64,000 bases of DNA from positions 1 through 64,000 of the forward strand of contig JANNQV010000025.1 of the NCBI GenBank assembly GCA_031400935.1, in the 5' to 3' direction. Positions 37,054 to 46,124 of the stretch are shown here, piece after piece. The notes beneath the pieces are model-generated. The model was not told the origin of the DNA and ran no database searches. It was given only the letters and a program-made list of their open reading frames with translations. Both the position numbers and the translations under genes were made by a program. The first letter of the stretch is position 1; the number at the start of each line of letters is the position of its first letter. This stretch comes from Armatimonadota bacterium (GTDB lineage Bacteria > Armatimonadota > Fimbriimonadia > Fimbriimonadales > Fimbriimonadaceae).

Positions 37054-37189
37054 TCCCTTCCTTTGAAGGAAGGGCTGGGGATGGATGGCGCTAACTTCGA
37101 ACTCATACAGTTCTTCGAGACTAAGTGCCACTGAATGCAACTTGGGAAACACTTGCCATCCACCCTTAATCCCTCCTTCAAAGGAGGGA
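37054..37189. repeat. MITE-like 136-bp palindromic element with about 35-bp imperfect terminal inverted repeats (TCCCTTCCTTTGAAGGAAGGGCTGGGGATGGATGG ... CCATCCACCCTTAATCCCTCCTTCAAAGGAGGGA)
   Basis: The TIRs are read directly, and each TIR is itself a hairpin. A related fragment (CCCCTTCCTCCCTTGGGAGGAAGGGG + CTTTCGAACTC) lies at 48230..48267. Confidence 0.5.
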
Positions 37190-37212
37190 AAAGTCTGCCT
37201 CTCATTCAAGTC

Positions 37213-37989
37213 TCAAAACCGGTGTTTAAGTAGCGTCCAAAACGCTTCTGGGGCGTCGGTCCACCGAATCTTCTTCCCTGCCTCTTTTGAGCGCGGATGG
37301 TATTGAATGGGCAATTCCATGATCTTATGCCCGCCTCGAATTGCCTTTGCGGTAACTTCCGGGCAAAACTCGAACCTCATGCAAGTTAGATTCATCCCTT
37401 GAATCACATCGGTTCGAAACGCCTTGTAGCAAGTGGCTTCGTCCTTTACCCTTCGAAAATAAAGAATCGCAACCGCCCACGAAAGCAGGACGTTGACTAC
37501 TTTGTTGGGCAATGCCATGCCAGCAGGGAAGCCGGAGGAAAACCGATTTCCATAAACGACCGTTGCTTCGCCCTTGAGTATCGGCGCGACAATCACTGGA
37601 ATCTGCTCCGGCGCATATTCCAGATCGGCGTCTTGTACGATGGTTGCTTTGCCATTGCAAAAGGGAAGCGCCTTTCGAATCGCCTCGCCTTTTCCCGTTT
37701 TGCTCTCACATTCAACTAGAACGATGCGCTCACCATAGGTTCGAAGTATCTCGCCGGTTCGATCTGTTGAACCCGCATTGACGACTACGACTTGAGTGGA
37801 AATTGGCAATGCAAGGAGGCGATCAACGACTTCGCCGATCGTTGCCTCTTCGTTATATGCGGGCACGACAATGGAAACATCATGAGACCCTCGATCCTTG
37901 CTCCGCTGTGAGGATCGAGGGATCGGTTGCTGGCTCAAGCGAGCACCATAGCTTCTTTGCCCCGGAAATACTCGCCAAGCCGAAGGCAC
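37213..37989 (-). CDS. Family 2 glycosyltransferase (dolichyl-phosphate mannose synthase-like)
   Basis: VSIVVPAYNEE...DAD GT2-A motifs. The annotated start overlaps the carB-C 3' end by 55 bp, so the true start is uncertain. Confidence 0.7.
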   Translation of the reverse strand: MPSAWRVFPGQRSYGARLSQQPIPRSSQRSKDRGSHDVSIVVPAYNEEATIGEVVDRLLALPISTQVVVVNAGSTDRTGEILRTYGERIVLVECESKTGKGEAIRKALPFCNGKATIVQDADLEYAPEQIPVIVAPILKGEATVVYGNRFSSGFPAGMALPNKVVNVLLSWAVAILYFRRVKDEATCYKAFRTDVIQGMNLTCMRFEFCPEVTAKAIRGGHKIMELPIQYHPRSKEAGKKIRWTDAPEAFWTLLKHRF

Positions 37990-39596
37990 GATGATTTGGA
38001 GGGATCGGCAAATATCTCAAGCGCATCTGCCAAAGCTTCAGCGGTGTCAATGCTTGTTATGCAGGCAACACCGATTTCTATGCAAGCCCTTCGGATTTGA
38101 GCTGCTTCGCGTTCGGCTTGCTTGTGAGTGCTAGGCGAATTGATGAGAATGCTGATTTCGCCTTGCATGATTCTGTCAAGAAGATTCGGCGAGCCTTCGC
38201 TGATTTTCATCACCCAAAGGTTTTCGATTCCAGCTTGTATTAGGGCGTCATGCGTTCCGCCAGTGGCGGCAATTTTGTATCCTTGATTGGCGAATGTTCG
38301 TGCAATCTGGACAGCTTTTTCCTTATCGTCATCTTTCACGGAAATGAGAACGTATCCATCGCCTTTGAACTGAATTCCGCTCGCGATCATGGCCTTGTAC
38401 AAAGCGGCGTTGAAGTGGTGGTCAATCCCCATGATCTCGCCTGTTGATTTCATTTCTGGGCCGAGGCTGGGTTCGACTTTTCGGAGTTTTTGGAAGCTGA
38501 ACACGGGTGCCTTGACTGCGAAGAGTACGGGTTCTGGAAGGACAGCTTTTCGTTCAATGAAATCGCTTTCTGGAACAACATAGCCCTTTGCCGATTCACT
38601 GCTAGAGGGTTCCAAGCACCAAAGTCCGCTTTGATAACTAAGGTCTGTAAGCTCTTCTCCCATCATGCAACGAGTTCCGAGGTCTACCATTGGGATTCCG
38701 GTGACTTTGCTGAGAAAGGGCACGGTCCGACTCGCACGCGGATTGACTTCAAGGACGTAGGCAATCTCGTTTTGAATGACAAATTGGATATTCATTAAGC
38801 CTTTGATCTTCAATGCTCGTGCAATTTTGCAAGCACTTTCAATCATTTGGGATTGAACTTCCAAAGTAAGTCCGACGGCTGGATATACTGCCATCGAATC
38901 GCCGCTATGAACTCCCGCGCGCTCAATGTGCTCCATGATTCCAGGAACTAAGGTTGATTCTCCATCGGAAATCACGTCAACTTCAGCTTCAACCCCTAAG
39001 AGGTATTGGTCAACGAGCACCGGTTGCCCTTCGCTTGCGGATTCAGCTTCTCCATAGAATTCGCGCAATTGCGCTTCGTCGTATACAATTTCCATTGCTC
39101 TTCCGCCCAAAACAAAACTTGGGCGAACGAGAACTGGATAGCCAACGCTGTTAGCGATCTCGACTGCTTGACTTAGGGATCGAACGGCTTTTCCTTTCGG
39201 GCGCGGTACGTTCAATTCTTCGAGCAAAGCGTCGAACTGCTCCCGATCTTCTGCCATAGCTATGGATTTGGGTGAAGTGCCGAGAACTCGAACTCCAGCA
39301 TCTTGGAGCGGCTGAGCTAGGTTAATTGCGGTTTGTCCGCCAAACTGGCAAACGACGCCGATGGGCTTCTCATGATTTACAACCTGAAGAACATCTGGCA
39401 GGGTAACAGGTTCAAAATAAAGCCCGTCAGAGGTGTCGAAGTCTGTTGAAACGGTCTCGGGATTATTGTTAATGACGATCGCGCGATAGCCGATCTTTTC
39501 GAGAGCCCAAACGCAATGGACGCAAGAGTAGTCGAATTCAATACCTTGACCGATTCGAATCGGCCCGGAGCCAAGAACAAGAATCGTATCGGGCAT
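37935..39596 (-). CDS. carB: Carbamoyl-phosphate synthase large subunit, C-terminal half (second ATP-grasp plus MGS-like domain)
   Basis: MPDTILVLGSGPIRIGQGIEFDYS matches the start of the second CarB repeat. C-terminal MGS-like domain (GYKIAATGGTHDAL). Complements the separately encoded N-half at 40483..42030. Confidence 0.8.
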   Translation of the reverse strand: MPDTILVLGSGPIRIGQGIEFDYSCVHCVWALEKIGYRAIVINNNPETVSTDFDTSDGLYFEPVTLPDVLQVVNHEKPIGVVCQFGGQTAINLAQPLQDAGVRVLGTSPKSIAMAEDREQFDALLEELNVPRPKGKAVRSLSQAVEIANSVGYPVLVRPSFVLGGRAMEIVYDEAQLREFYGEAESASEGQPVLVDQYLLGVEAEVDVISDGESTLVPGIMEHIERAGVHSGDSMAVYPAVGLTLEVQSQMIESACKIARALKIKGLMNIQFVIQNEIAYVLEVNPRASRTVPFLSKVTGIPMVDLGTRCMMGEELTDLSYQSGLWCLEPSSSESAKGYVVPESDFIERKAVLPEPVLFAVKAPVFSFQKLRKVEPSLGPEMKSTGEIMGIDHHFNAALYKAMIASGIQFKGDGYVLISVKDDDKEKAVQIARTFANQGYKIAATGGTHDALIQAGIENLWVMKISEGSPNLLDRIMQGEISILINSPSTHKQAEREAAQIRRACIEIGVACITSIDTAEALADALEIFADPSKSSCLRLGEYFRGKEAMVLA

Positions 39597-39749
39597 GCAA
39601 GTCCAATTGTGACTCATGCCTTGCTCGCGACGCTTGGATGGCTTGTATGGATTGTATAGATTCTATGGAGGATGCGGAATGCAGAATGCAGATTTGAAGA
39701 GCTACAAAGTTATGAAGCAAGTACTTAGGCAATTCAATCAAATAGCTGT

Positions 39750-40496
39750 CTAATGAAGCTTGACCAACGGGAAGACTTCGACATCAACGCCCTGACAAAA
39801 GATCACGTGCTCAATCTTTCGGTCTGGTAGCCCAATGGATTGGGCCAAGTCTGTTTCGAACCGCTCTAAGGATACGTTGGCTAGTTGGTATGGCTTGTGA
39901 TGAACTTGGCCCAGCATCATTGTTCCGTTTGAAAGTGTATAGAGTTGATATCTTTCAACGAGCCAAAATTCAAATGTTCCAGGTGCAGCCGAATGGAAAT
40001 CGGTCTCGTGGTCATATTTGAGAGTCATCGAAGCATGAGGTTCGTCGAGCCTTCTAATTCTGTAATCAATCGTTTGGCCGCTCAAATGAACTGCCATATC
40101 TGAATGCAAATAATTTAGCCCGAAGAAGTTTTTGGCATACTCACAAGCCAGCCATCTTGAAGCATCGAGTGAAAAGAACCAAACTCCTGGATCCATGCCG
40201 TTTCGATGTACATAGGTTCTAACATTTGTTTCCGGAAATGCGGATAGCCACGGAATTGCTGGCAACCCAGGATATCGAATGCTGTTCATCGTGAAGGCAA
40301 CTATGCCAATCCAAGCTTGCTCGACTCCATTTGCGTCTGGAAATGTGTCAATTTCAAGCTCAAGTGGAACGTGATTTCTCAGCATATCGGGCGAGACAGG
40401 ATAGTGGAGAAAGCATAAGTCTCGCCAAGATTGCAGCATCACTGGCTTCCCAATTGGCCGTGAACGCATTTGCAGATACTTGCTAATCGGCAGCAT
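39750..40496 (-). CDS. DUF2071 (YqjF-like, acetoacetate-decarboxylase-fold) protein
   Basis: 248 aa with length and motifs ([17 protein letters not shown]) consistent with DUF2071. It lies between the two carB halves and overlaps the carB-N 3' end by 14 bp. Confidence 0.6.
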   Translation of the reverse strand: MLPISKYLQMRSRPIGKPVMLQSWRDLCFLHYPVSPDMLRNHVPLELEIDTFPDANGVEQAWIGIVAFTMNSIRYPGLPAIPWLSAFPETNVRTYVHRNGMDPGVWFFSLDASRWLACEYAKNFFGLNYLHSDMAVHLSGQTIDYRIRRLDEPHASMTLKYDHETDFHSAAPGTFEFWLVERYQLYTLSNGTMMLGQVHHKPYQLANVSLERFETDLAQSIGLPDRKIEHVIFCQGVDVEVFPLVKLH

Positions 40497-42030
40497 CGTT
40501 TTCTTCGCCTACCGTTGCATAGAAGTAGGGGGTGTGTGACTCAAATTCTGCGGCGCATGTGTCAACCATTTTGTAAACTTGATTGGGCTGATGTTCAATG
40601 AGGGTATTGTGTTCATCATCAATTAGGTTCTGAAGTTTAGATAGGAACCACTTGTCAACTTTGCAAAGTTTGTTTACTTCGTCAATGCTCCAACCTCTCC
40701 GAAGGCCTTCTGCGATTGCCCATAGTCGTTCGTCTGTAGGGATTCTGATGGCACTTCTAAGTGCTTCATCCCGCATGGCCTCGAATTTCTCGTGTCTGAG
40801 GTCCTTCTGCTTCACTTCCAAGCCTCGAATAGCCTTCATCAGCGCAGATTCAAAATTCCTGTCAATCGCCATGACCTCACCAGTTGCCTTCATTTGAGTG
40901 AAGAGAGTGCGATCGCCACCAGAGAATTTGTCAAACGGCCAACGGGGGATTTTCACTACACAGTAGTCAAGCGCAGGTTCAAAACACGCCTTTGTTGTTC
41001 GAGTGACCTCGTTTTCAATCTGGTCTAAGGTCTTACCAACGGCAATTTTTGCGGCTACTCGAGCGATTGGGTAGCCGGTCGCCTTAGAAGCGAGGGCTGA
41101 GGATCTTGAAACTCGCGGATTGACTTCGATAATGTAATAGTCAAAGCTGTCTGGATTCAGGGCCATCTGGACGTTGCAGCCACCTTCAATGCCGAGAGAA
41201 TTGATGATTTTCAATGCGGCGGTTCGCATCATGTGGTATTCAAGATCGCTCAATGTTTGGCTTGGCGCAACAACAATCGAATCTCCTGTGTGAACGCCCA
41301 TGGGGTCGAAATTTTCCATGTTGCAAACGGTTATGCAGTTTCCAGCCGAATCGCGCATCACTTCATATTCAATTTCTTTCCAGCCCAAAAGGCTGCGTTC
41401 CACCATGATTTGGCTCTTCATTGAAAGCTTCAAGCCCTTGCAGCCGATTTCCCAAAGCTCTTCGGGAGAGTAGGCAACACCGCCACCCGTTCCTCCCAAA
41501 GTGTAGGCTGGACGAACGATTCGTGGGTATGCAAACTGGATGGGTCGTCCGCTCTCGCTAGGGACTTCAACAGGCAGAATGGCTCGAAGCTGATCTTCGG
41601 TTTCGACGATAAAGCTCTCAGGAACAGGCTCCTTAATTTCGCGCATGAGAGTTCGAAATTCCTCCCTGTCTTCTGCTTTTCGAATTGCCGAAAGAGGTGT
41701 GCCAAGAACACGTACATTGTTTCTCTCAAGAATTCCAGCATCGGATAGCTGGATCGCCAAATTGAGGCCAGTTTGTCCGCCTAAGGTGGGTAAGAGGGCG
41801 TCTGGCTTCTCCCGAATTATCACCCTTTCACAAAAATCAACGGTCAACGGTTCGATGTAAAGAGCATCCGATACTTCCGGATCGGTCATGATCGTTGCTG
41901 GATTTGAATTGATCAGGACGACTTGATGGCCTTCTTCTCGAAGGCTTTTGCAGGCTTGAGTTCCTGCGTAGTCAAATTCGGCGGCTTGTCCGATTACGAT
42001 GGGTCCCGAACCGATAACAAGCACCTTCAT
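40483..42030 (-). CDS. carB: Carbamoyl-phosphate synthase large subunit, N-terminal half (first ATP-grasp plus oligomerisation domain)
   Basis: [52 protein letters not shown] is the canonical CarB N-terminus. 515 aa. It ends after the oligomerisation domain at its own stop codon. Confidence 0.85.
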   Translation of the reverse strand: MKVLVIGSGPIVIGQAAEFDYAGTQACKSLREEGHQVVLINSNPATIMTDPEVSDALYIEPLTVDFCERVIIREKPDALLPTLGGQTGLNLAIQLSDAGILERNNVRVLGTPLSAIRKAEDREEFRTLMREIKEPVPESFIVETEDQLRAILPVEVPSESGRPIQFAYPRIVRPAYTLGGTGGGVAYSPEELWEIGCKGLKLSMKSQIMVERSLLGWKEIEYEVMRDSAGNCITVCNMENFDPMGVHTGDSIVVAPSQTLSDLEYHMMRTAALKIINSLGIEGGCNVQMALNPDSFDYYIIEVNPRVSRSSALASKATGYPIARVAAKIAVGKTLDQIENEVTRTTKACFEPALDYCVVKIPRWPFDKFSGGDRTLFTQMKATGEVMAIDRNFESALMKAIRGLEVKQKDLRHEKFEAMRDEALRSAIRIPTDERLWAIAEGLRRGWSIDEVNKLCKVDKWFLSKLQNLIDDEHNTLIEHQPNQVYKMVDTCAAEFESHTPYFYATVGEENDAAD

Positions 42031-42053
42031 TCAAAAGCGAATTATATCATTTT

Positions 42054-42160
42054 TGGGGATCGGGAAGTGGAGTGTGGAGAGTGGTGCGTGGGGAGAGGGT
42101 GTACAGCAATCAACCAATAACCAACAACCAATAACCAATAACCAACAACTGACAACCAAG
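42054..42160. repeat. Composite dispersed repeat: G-rich GGGAAGTGGAGTGTGGAGAGTGGTGCGTGGGGAGAGGGTG joined to ACCAATAACCAACAACCAATAACCAATAACCAACAACTGACAACCAAG
   Basis: Read directly. Both halves have relatives elsewhere in the window (51591.., 57761.., 22102.., 32360..). Confidence 0.5.
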
Positions 42161-42167
42161 TACCGAT

Positions 42168-43262
42168 CTACCGTCGCCGCGGGATCATTCTTCTTCCAAA
42201 CATCATTCCACCCTGTTGGAAACTGTCAACACCATCAATCGGCGTCCAAAAAACAGATTGTCGCAAACCTGAGCTTAGGAACAATGCGAGGCGGCCACCG
42301 CCATCAAAATTCACTCGATACACGCCGTAATCATCAATTGAGCCGCTCAAAACCGTAAATGCAACCTGGACTCCAGTATGACTTGGCGATGGGCCGTACT
42401 CATCGCGAGTGTCAGTTGTTAGTCTAGTAGCTGTCGAGCTAGCAATGGCTGGTACGGAATAGATATCGAAGTTTCCATTTCGGTCAGTAGCAAAATAAAT
42501 GGTCGAGCCATCTTTGCTCCATTGCGGATTGATGTCGTCAGCTCCGTTGAGCGTCAAATTTACGAACCCTGTGCCATCCAAGTTCAACAGCCCGATATCT
42601 GCCTTGCCGCCAACAATTCTGGAGATTGCAAGCTTGTCACCTGTTGCGTTTACAAACGCTTCTTCAGCATCGCCGATTCTTAGCAAACCGCTTCCGTTCG
42701 TATTGATCGTGTAGACCCCAAAATCGCCTTCAGTTGCCGAAGCCGTGAAAACAATCTGGCTCCCATTTGGAAGGTATTGAACAGTCCCAACGTAAAGGAA
42801 ATTACTGGTAGTGAGTCGAGACGAACCAGAAATGGTAGGATTTGCGCCCCGGAAAAGGTCATAACGAGGATTTGACAAGCTCGAAGTGTAAAAGAAAGCG
42901 TATTGAGTGACGGGCAAATTTGGAGTCGCAACAGGAATGTTTTGGGTCAAATTGGCGAATGGGGTAACTGATGTTCCATCGGAATTCATGAATTTGACGG
43001 CTGTCCCAGAGCCATTTACGTCGCTAAAGAAGACCTTGTCGTCAGGAAGTGCCGATCCACCACCAGAAGTTGTGGAAGTCGTAGAGGTAGTGGATGTGGT
43101 CGAAGTTGTGGAAGTTGTAGAAGTTGTAGAAGTGGTTGAGTTGGTAGAGGTAGTTCCGGTTGTGCCTCCTCCCCCGCCGCCACATCCAATAAGGATGGCA
43201 AAAAGCAACGCAACGATAAAAGCAATAATTGGGCTGTACGATCGGAACCTGGCGATTTCCAT
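42168..43262 (-). CDS. Lipoprotein with a (TTS)n linker and TolB-like PD40 beta-propeller repeats
   Basis: Lipobox LIGCGGG. TTSTNSTTSTTSTTSTTSTTSTTSTTSTTS linker encoded by a 9-bp tandem repeat (43072..43165). PD40 motifs (DGSTIYFATDRNGNFDIYSV). The track ORF opens at 43316 with a TTG start; the ATG at 43262 is preferred. Confidence 0.6.
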   Translation of the reverse strand: MEIARFRSYSPIIAFIVALLFAILIGCGGGGGGTTGTTSTNSTTSTTSTTSTTSTTSTTSTTSTTSGGGSALPDDKVFFSDVNGSGTAVKFMNSDGTSVTPFANLTQNIPVATPNLPVTQYAFFYTSSLSNPRYDLFRGANPTISGSSRLTTSNFLYVGTVQYLPNGSQIVFTASATEGDFGVYTINTNGSGLLRIGDAEEAFVNATGDKLAISRIVGGKADIGLLNLDGTGFVNLTLNGADDINPQWSKDGSTIYFATDRNGNFDIYSVPAIASSTATRLTTDTRDEYGPSPSHTGVQVAFTVLSGSIDDYGVYRVNFDGGGRLALFLSSGLRQSVFWTPIDGVDSFQQGGMMFGRRMIPRRR

Positions 43263-43342
43263 TGGATGATATTTAGACACATTCAGGGTGTGGAAGTGTT
43301 CGGCAAACAACGTCAATCTTTGAATATTCGTAGACTAACCTA

Positions 43343-43383
43343 GTAAAAACAGATTCCCCCCAACTTCTACAAGTTGGGGGAAT
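43343..43383 (-). terminator. Rho-independent terminator of the metalloprotease gene
   Basis: Minus-strand hairpin ATTCCCCCAAC-TTGTAGAA-GTTGGGGGGAAT followed by CUGUUUUU. Confidence 0.6.
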
Positions 43384-43393
43384 GATTTATTCG

Positions 43394-45943
43394 CTAGTTG
43401 CAGATTATTTTCTTTACAACGAAATTGTCAATCGCAGCTTCAGTAACCCCATCGTTCGGGTTGTCCGTTGCCATGAACCTTACAACCATGTTGTTCGAAG
43501 TTGAAACAAAAGCACCGACTCGAAAGCTCTTTCGAATCCACGAGTTGTTTCCTGTTCCTGTGACCGTTTCAATGGTCGTCCAAGATGCTCCACCGTTGTT
43601 GGATATTTGAACTGTGAATACGTCAGGAACTCCATTTACTGAGTAGAACCACCGGCTGTATTCGATTATGCCTTCGCTTCCGCTAAGGTCGAATACGGGT
43701 GACTTTAGTTCAGTTGGACCTCCATCAACATCCGCCGCTCCAACTGCCCCGCCAACGACTCCTTGGCCTGTGAAGAAGCAGTTTGCACCAGTATCTGTGG
43801 AATCGTTTTCCGGTTGCGCAGGAACGGATCCGTTAACGGTTCCGATAGGATCGCCTCTTATCCAAGCCCCGGCCGAAAGTGCGGTGTTGGTTACTGTCCA
43901 AGGATTTGCAGCTTCAAACGTATCTGTGAATATGGTCGTGGTGGACAATCCAAGGATATAGCTCATGGGTGCCGATGCACCGCCAGCTGGAAAGAACACG
44001 GTATGCCCCTGATCATCTTGAACAGAGATATAGTAATCCACTTGAGAACCGCAGTTAGATTGATCTATTCCGCCCCACATAAAGCCAGGGTCGTTGTATT
44101 CAAGCATAGTTGTCTGATCCCATGCACTGCCATTTATTCGAAAGTTGATTCGAATGGATGGGATTATTGGATTCGATACGTTGGATCGAACTTGAAACCT
44201 CATGGGATGGTAAATATCAACGTTTGGTTGATAGACGACAAACCCCGATGGCATCGAAATTGGAACGAAAGTCAGCCATTGCAAAGCAGGAGCGGTTAAG
44301 CCTTTGAATCCGAATCCAAATGCGATGTCATCGTAATGGGGGGTTCCGTTACCTAGGTTCGCGTCATTGTCATCAAGAGTGAGGACATCAACCGTTAAAC
44401 CAGGTGTGATTCCAGGAGGATGCAATAGAATTGAATTGACTGCGTAATTTCGCATCAATCCCAATCCAATAGCATGTCCTATTGTTGTGTCCATTTTCCG
44501 AACGGTCTCCCAGAACGCGCCGCTAACAATCATGCCAGCGGTGTGAACTTCAGAACCTGCGTTCTCTGGATAGTGAATGGTGTTAATAGCATTTCGTAGC
44601 GGGCCAGTTCCAAATCCTTGAAAGTCAACACCTAAGAGAGGAGTGTCGCCAAGCAAGGAAGCAATTACATCGCCCATGCCCTCTCCATAGCCGCCCTGTC
44701 CAGTTCCAGCACGGTTAATGATGAAATGGCCGTATTCGTGGTAAATAACCGTTGAATAAGCAGTGTTCGGGCAAGAACCACCAGCATTGAAGAAGTTGAT
44801 CGTCATGTTTCCGCTGTTGAAGTTTGCGTTGCAAGTGGAAGCCTGATTTACGTTGGTAGTCAGCGAAATGTCAATACCTGGAAAAGCTGGGCTCATGGCT
44901 TTCGTGAAGTCATGAACTACGTGTGTTTGAAGATAAGCATTCACCTGAGCGACATCGAATTGAGCCAATCCGGCAGCATAGACGATATTGTTCGGTCCTG
45001 GAGGCGTTACGCTTGTACTTGAAGTTAAAGGAACTCCTTGCGCAGGCACAACTGTCGAATATCGGCCTACTAATCCTGAAGTCACTGTTACCGGAATTGC
45101 CCCTCCGTTTGCGATCGTGTAGTTTCCATTTACATCAGTGTAAGCAAAATTGCCGCCAGTGATACTGACTCTTAGGTGCGGCAAATTTGCCAATACTTCT
45201 GGATAACCGGGCCAATCTGGCATCAAGCCTGGGGAAGTCCAACCTTTTACTGAGCCTGACACGTCAACCTCGAGGACTTCGTTGCGGCGCTTTAGGATTT
45301 GTCCGGAAACAGCATCAACCCAAATCGTAGATGCTAGGTCGGTACTGTAAGCATTTCCGGTTGCCATGAATTTCCAAGCCAAGTGCTGGGCTGTTTCTCC
45401 GAGCCAAACTACAAGAATCGGCGCTGTAAAGGTAGTGTAAAGCGGATCGTTTTGCCGGAAATTCAAAACTGCTTTTGAAGCTGAGATTCTAACTTTTGGC
45501 AATGAACTGGTTACACTTCGACCATTCGCGCTTGCCAAAACAATTGGGTTTCCAAGTTGATTTCGAACAAGAATTGTCAAAAAACCGTTTTCGACGGGCA
45601 CTCCGCCCGCGACCTCTTGAAAATAGACGGCTGTAAATTTGCCGTTTGAAACATCTTGTGATCCGGTTCCGATGAATTCGCCTTCATTTGGAAGAAATAA
45701 ATCAGAGTATGACTTTACAAAATTTAATGCGGCCTCTTCTGGCGTGTATCCGCCGCCGAAAGGTGCCCCAAAAACCCTTTCGATGTTCGAGCCGCTAAAC
45801 AAAAATTGAACCTCAGGCTGGGTTCCACGCAGTTGCGACATCGCATCTTGTTGTCGCGTTACCGCATCCGATTGAGCTTGGGCAAATGTTGTCGTTGCCA
45901 GTGCAATAACGACAGCATAAAACCCGAATCTATTGATTCGCAT
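43394..45943 (-). CDS. Secreted zinc metalloprotease (thermolysin/fungalysin-like HExxH...GEGxxD) with a C-terminal beta-sandwich module
   Basis: Signal peptide. HEYGHFII followed by GYGEGMGD (Glu-zincin third-ligand motif). The C-terminal roughly 120 aa weakly resemble the shared module of the 8227..9279 and 34040..35590 proteins (NNSWIRKSFRVGAF; IDNFVV). Confidence 0.65.
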   Translation of the reverse strand: MRINRFGFYAVVIALATTTFAQAQSDAVTRQQDAMSQLRGTQPEVQFLFSGSNIERVFGAPFGGGYTPEEAALNFVKSYSDLFLPNEGEFIGTGSQDVSNGKFTAVYFQEVAGGVPVENGFLTILVRNQLGNPIVLASANGRSVTSSLPKVRISASKAVLNFRQNDPLYTTFTAPILVVWLGETAQHLAWKFMATGNAYSTDLASTIWVDAVSGQILKRRNEVLEVDVSGSVKGWTSPGLMPDWPGYPEVLANLPHLRVSITGGNFAYTDVNGNYTIANGGAIPVTVTSGLVGRYSTVVPAQGVPLTSSTSVTPPGPNNIVYAAGLAQFDVAQVNAYLQTHVVHDFTKAMSPAFPGIDISLTTNVNQASTCNANFNSGNMTINFFNAGGSCPNTAYSTVIYHEYGHFIINRAGTGQGGYGEGMGDVIASLLGDTPLLGVDFQGFGTGPLRNAINTIHYPENAGSEVHTAGMIVSGAFWETVRKMDTTIGHAIGLGLMRNYAVNSILLHPPGITPGLTVDVLTLDDNDANLGNGTPHYDDIAFGFGFKGLTAPALQWLTFVPISMPSGFVVYQPNVDIYHPMRFQVRSNVSNPIIPSIRINFRINGSAWDQTTMLEYNDPGFMWGGIDQSNCGSQVDYYISVQDDQGHTVFFPAGGASAPMSYILGLSTTTIFTDTFEAANPWTVTNTALSAGAWIRGDPIGTVNGSVPAQPENDSTDTGANCFFTGQGVVGGAVGAADVDGGPTELKSPVFDLSGSEGIIEYSRWFYSVNGVPDVFTVQISNNGGASWTTIETVTGTGNNSWIRKSFRVGAFVSTSNNMVVRFMATDNPNDGVTEAAIDNFVVKKIICN

Positions 45944-46124
45944 AATTCCTCCTATCTAACCGCCGCCCCGGTGGGCGTCACAGATATAGTCCTATTTTAG
46001 CGGCTAATTAGTTCGGATCGTGTGAGCTTTTTTCAAAATACTAGAATTCTTTGCTGAGAACCTTCAAAACCCGGCAAAATTGCCGACGATACCAATAAGG
46101 CCGCAATGTGCCTTGTTTGAATAT

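Noticed and set aside
37935-42030. Split carB interpreted as a frameshifted or interrupted pseudogene
   Set aside because: Both halves have canonical N-terminal motifs, intact domain complements and their own stop codons, and the intervening DUF2071 ORF is intact. This is more consistent with a genuine split gene, though assembly verification is advised.
41999-42358. 119-aa plus-strand ORF (QQSTNNQQPITNNQQLTTKY...)
   Set aside because: It is the translation of the ACCAATAACCAAC repeat element, and it overlaps the carB-N start and the PD40 gene end on the opposite strand.
42907-43269. 120-aa plus-strand ORF containing VVEVVEVVDVVEVV
   Set aside because: It is antisense to the (TTS)n-encoding 9-bp tandem repeat of the PD40 lipoprotein gene, a low-complexity artefact.
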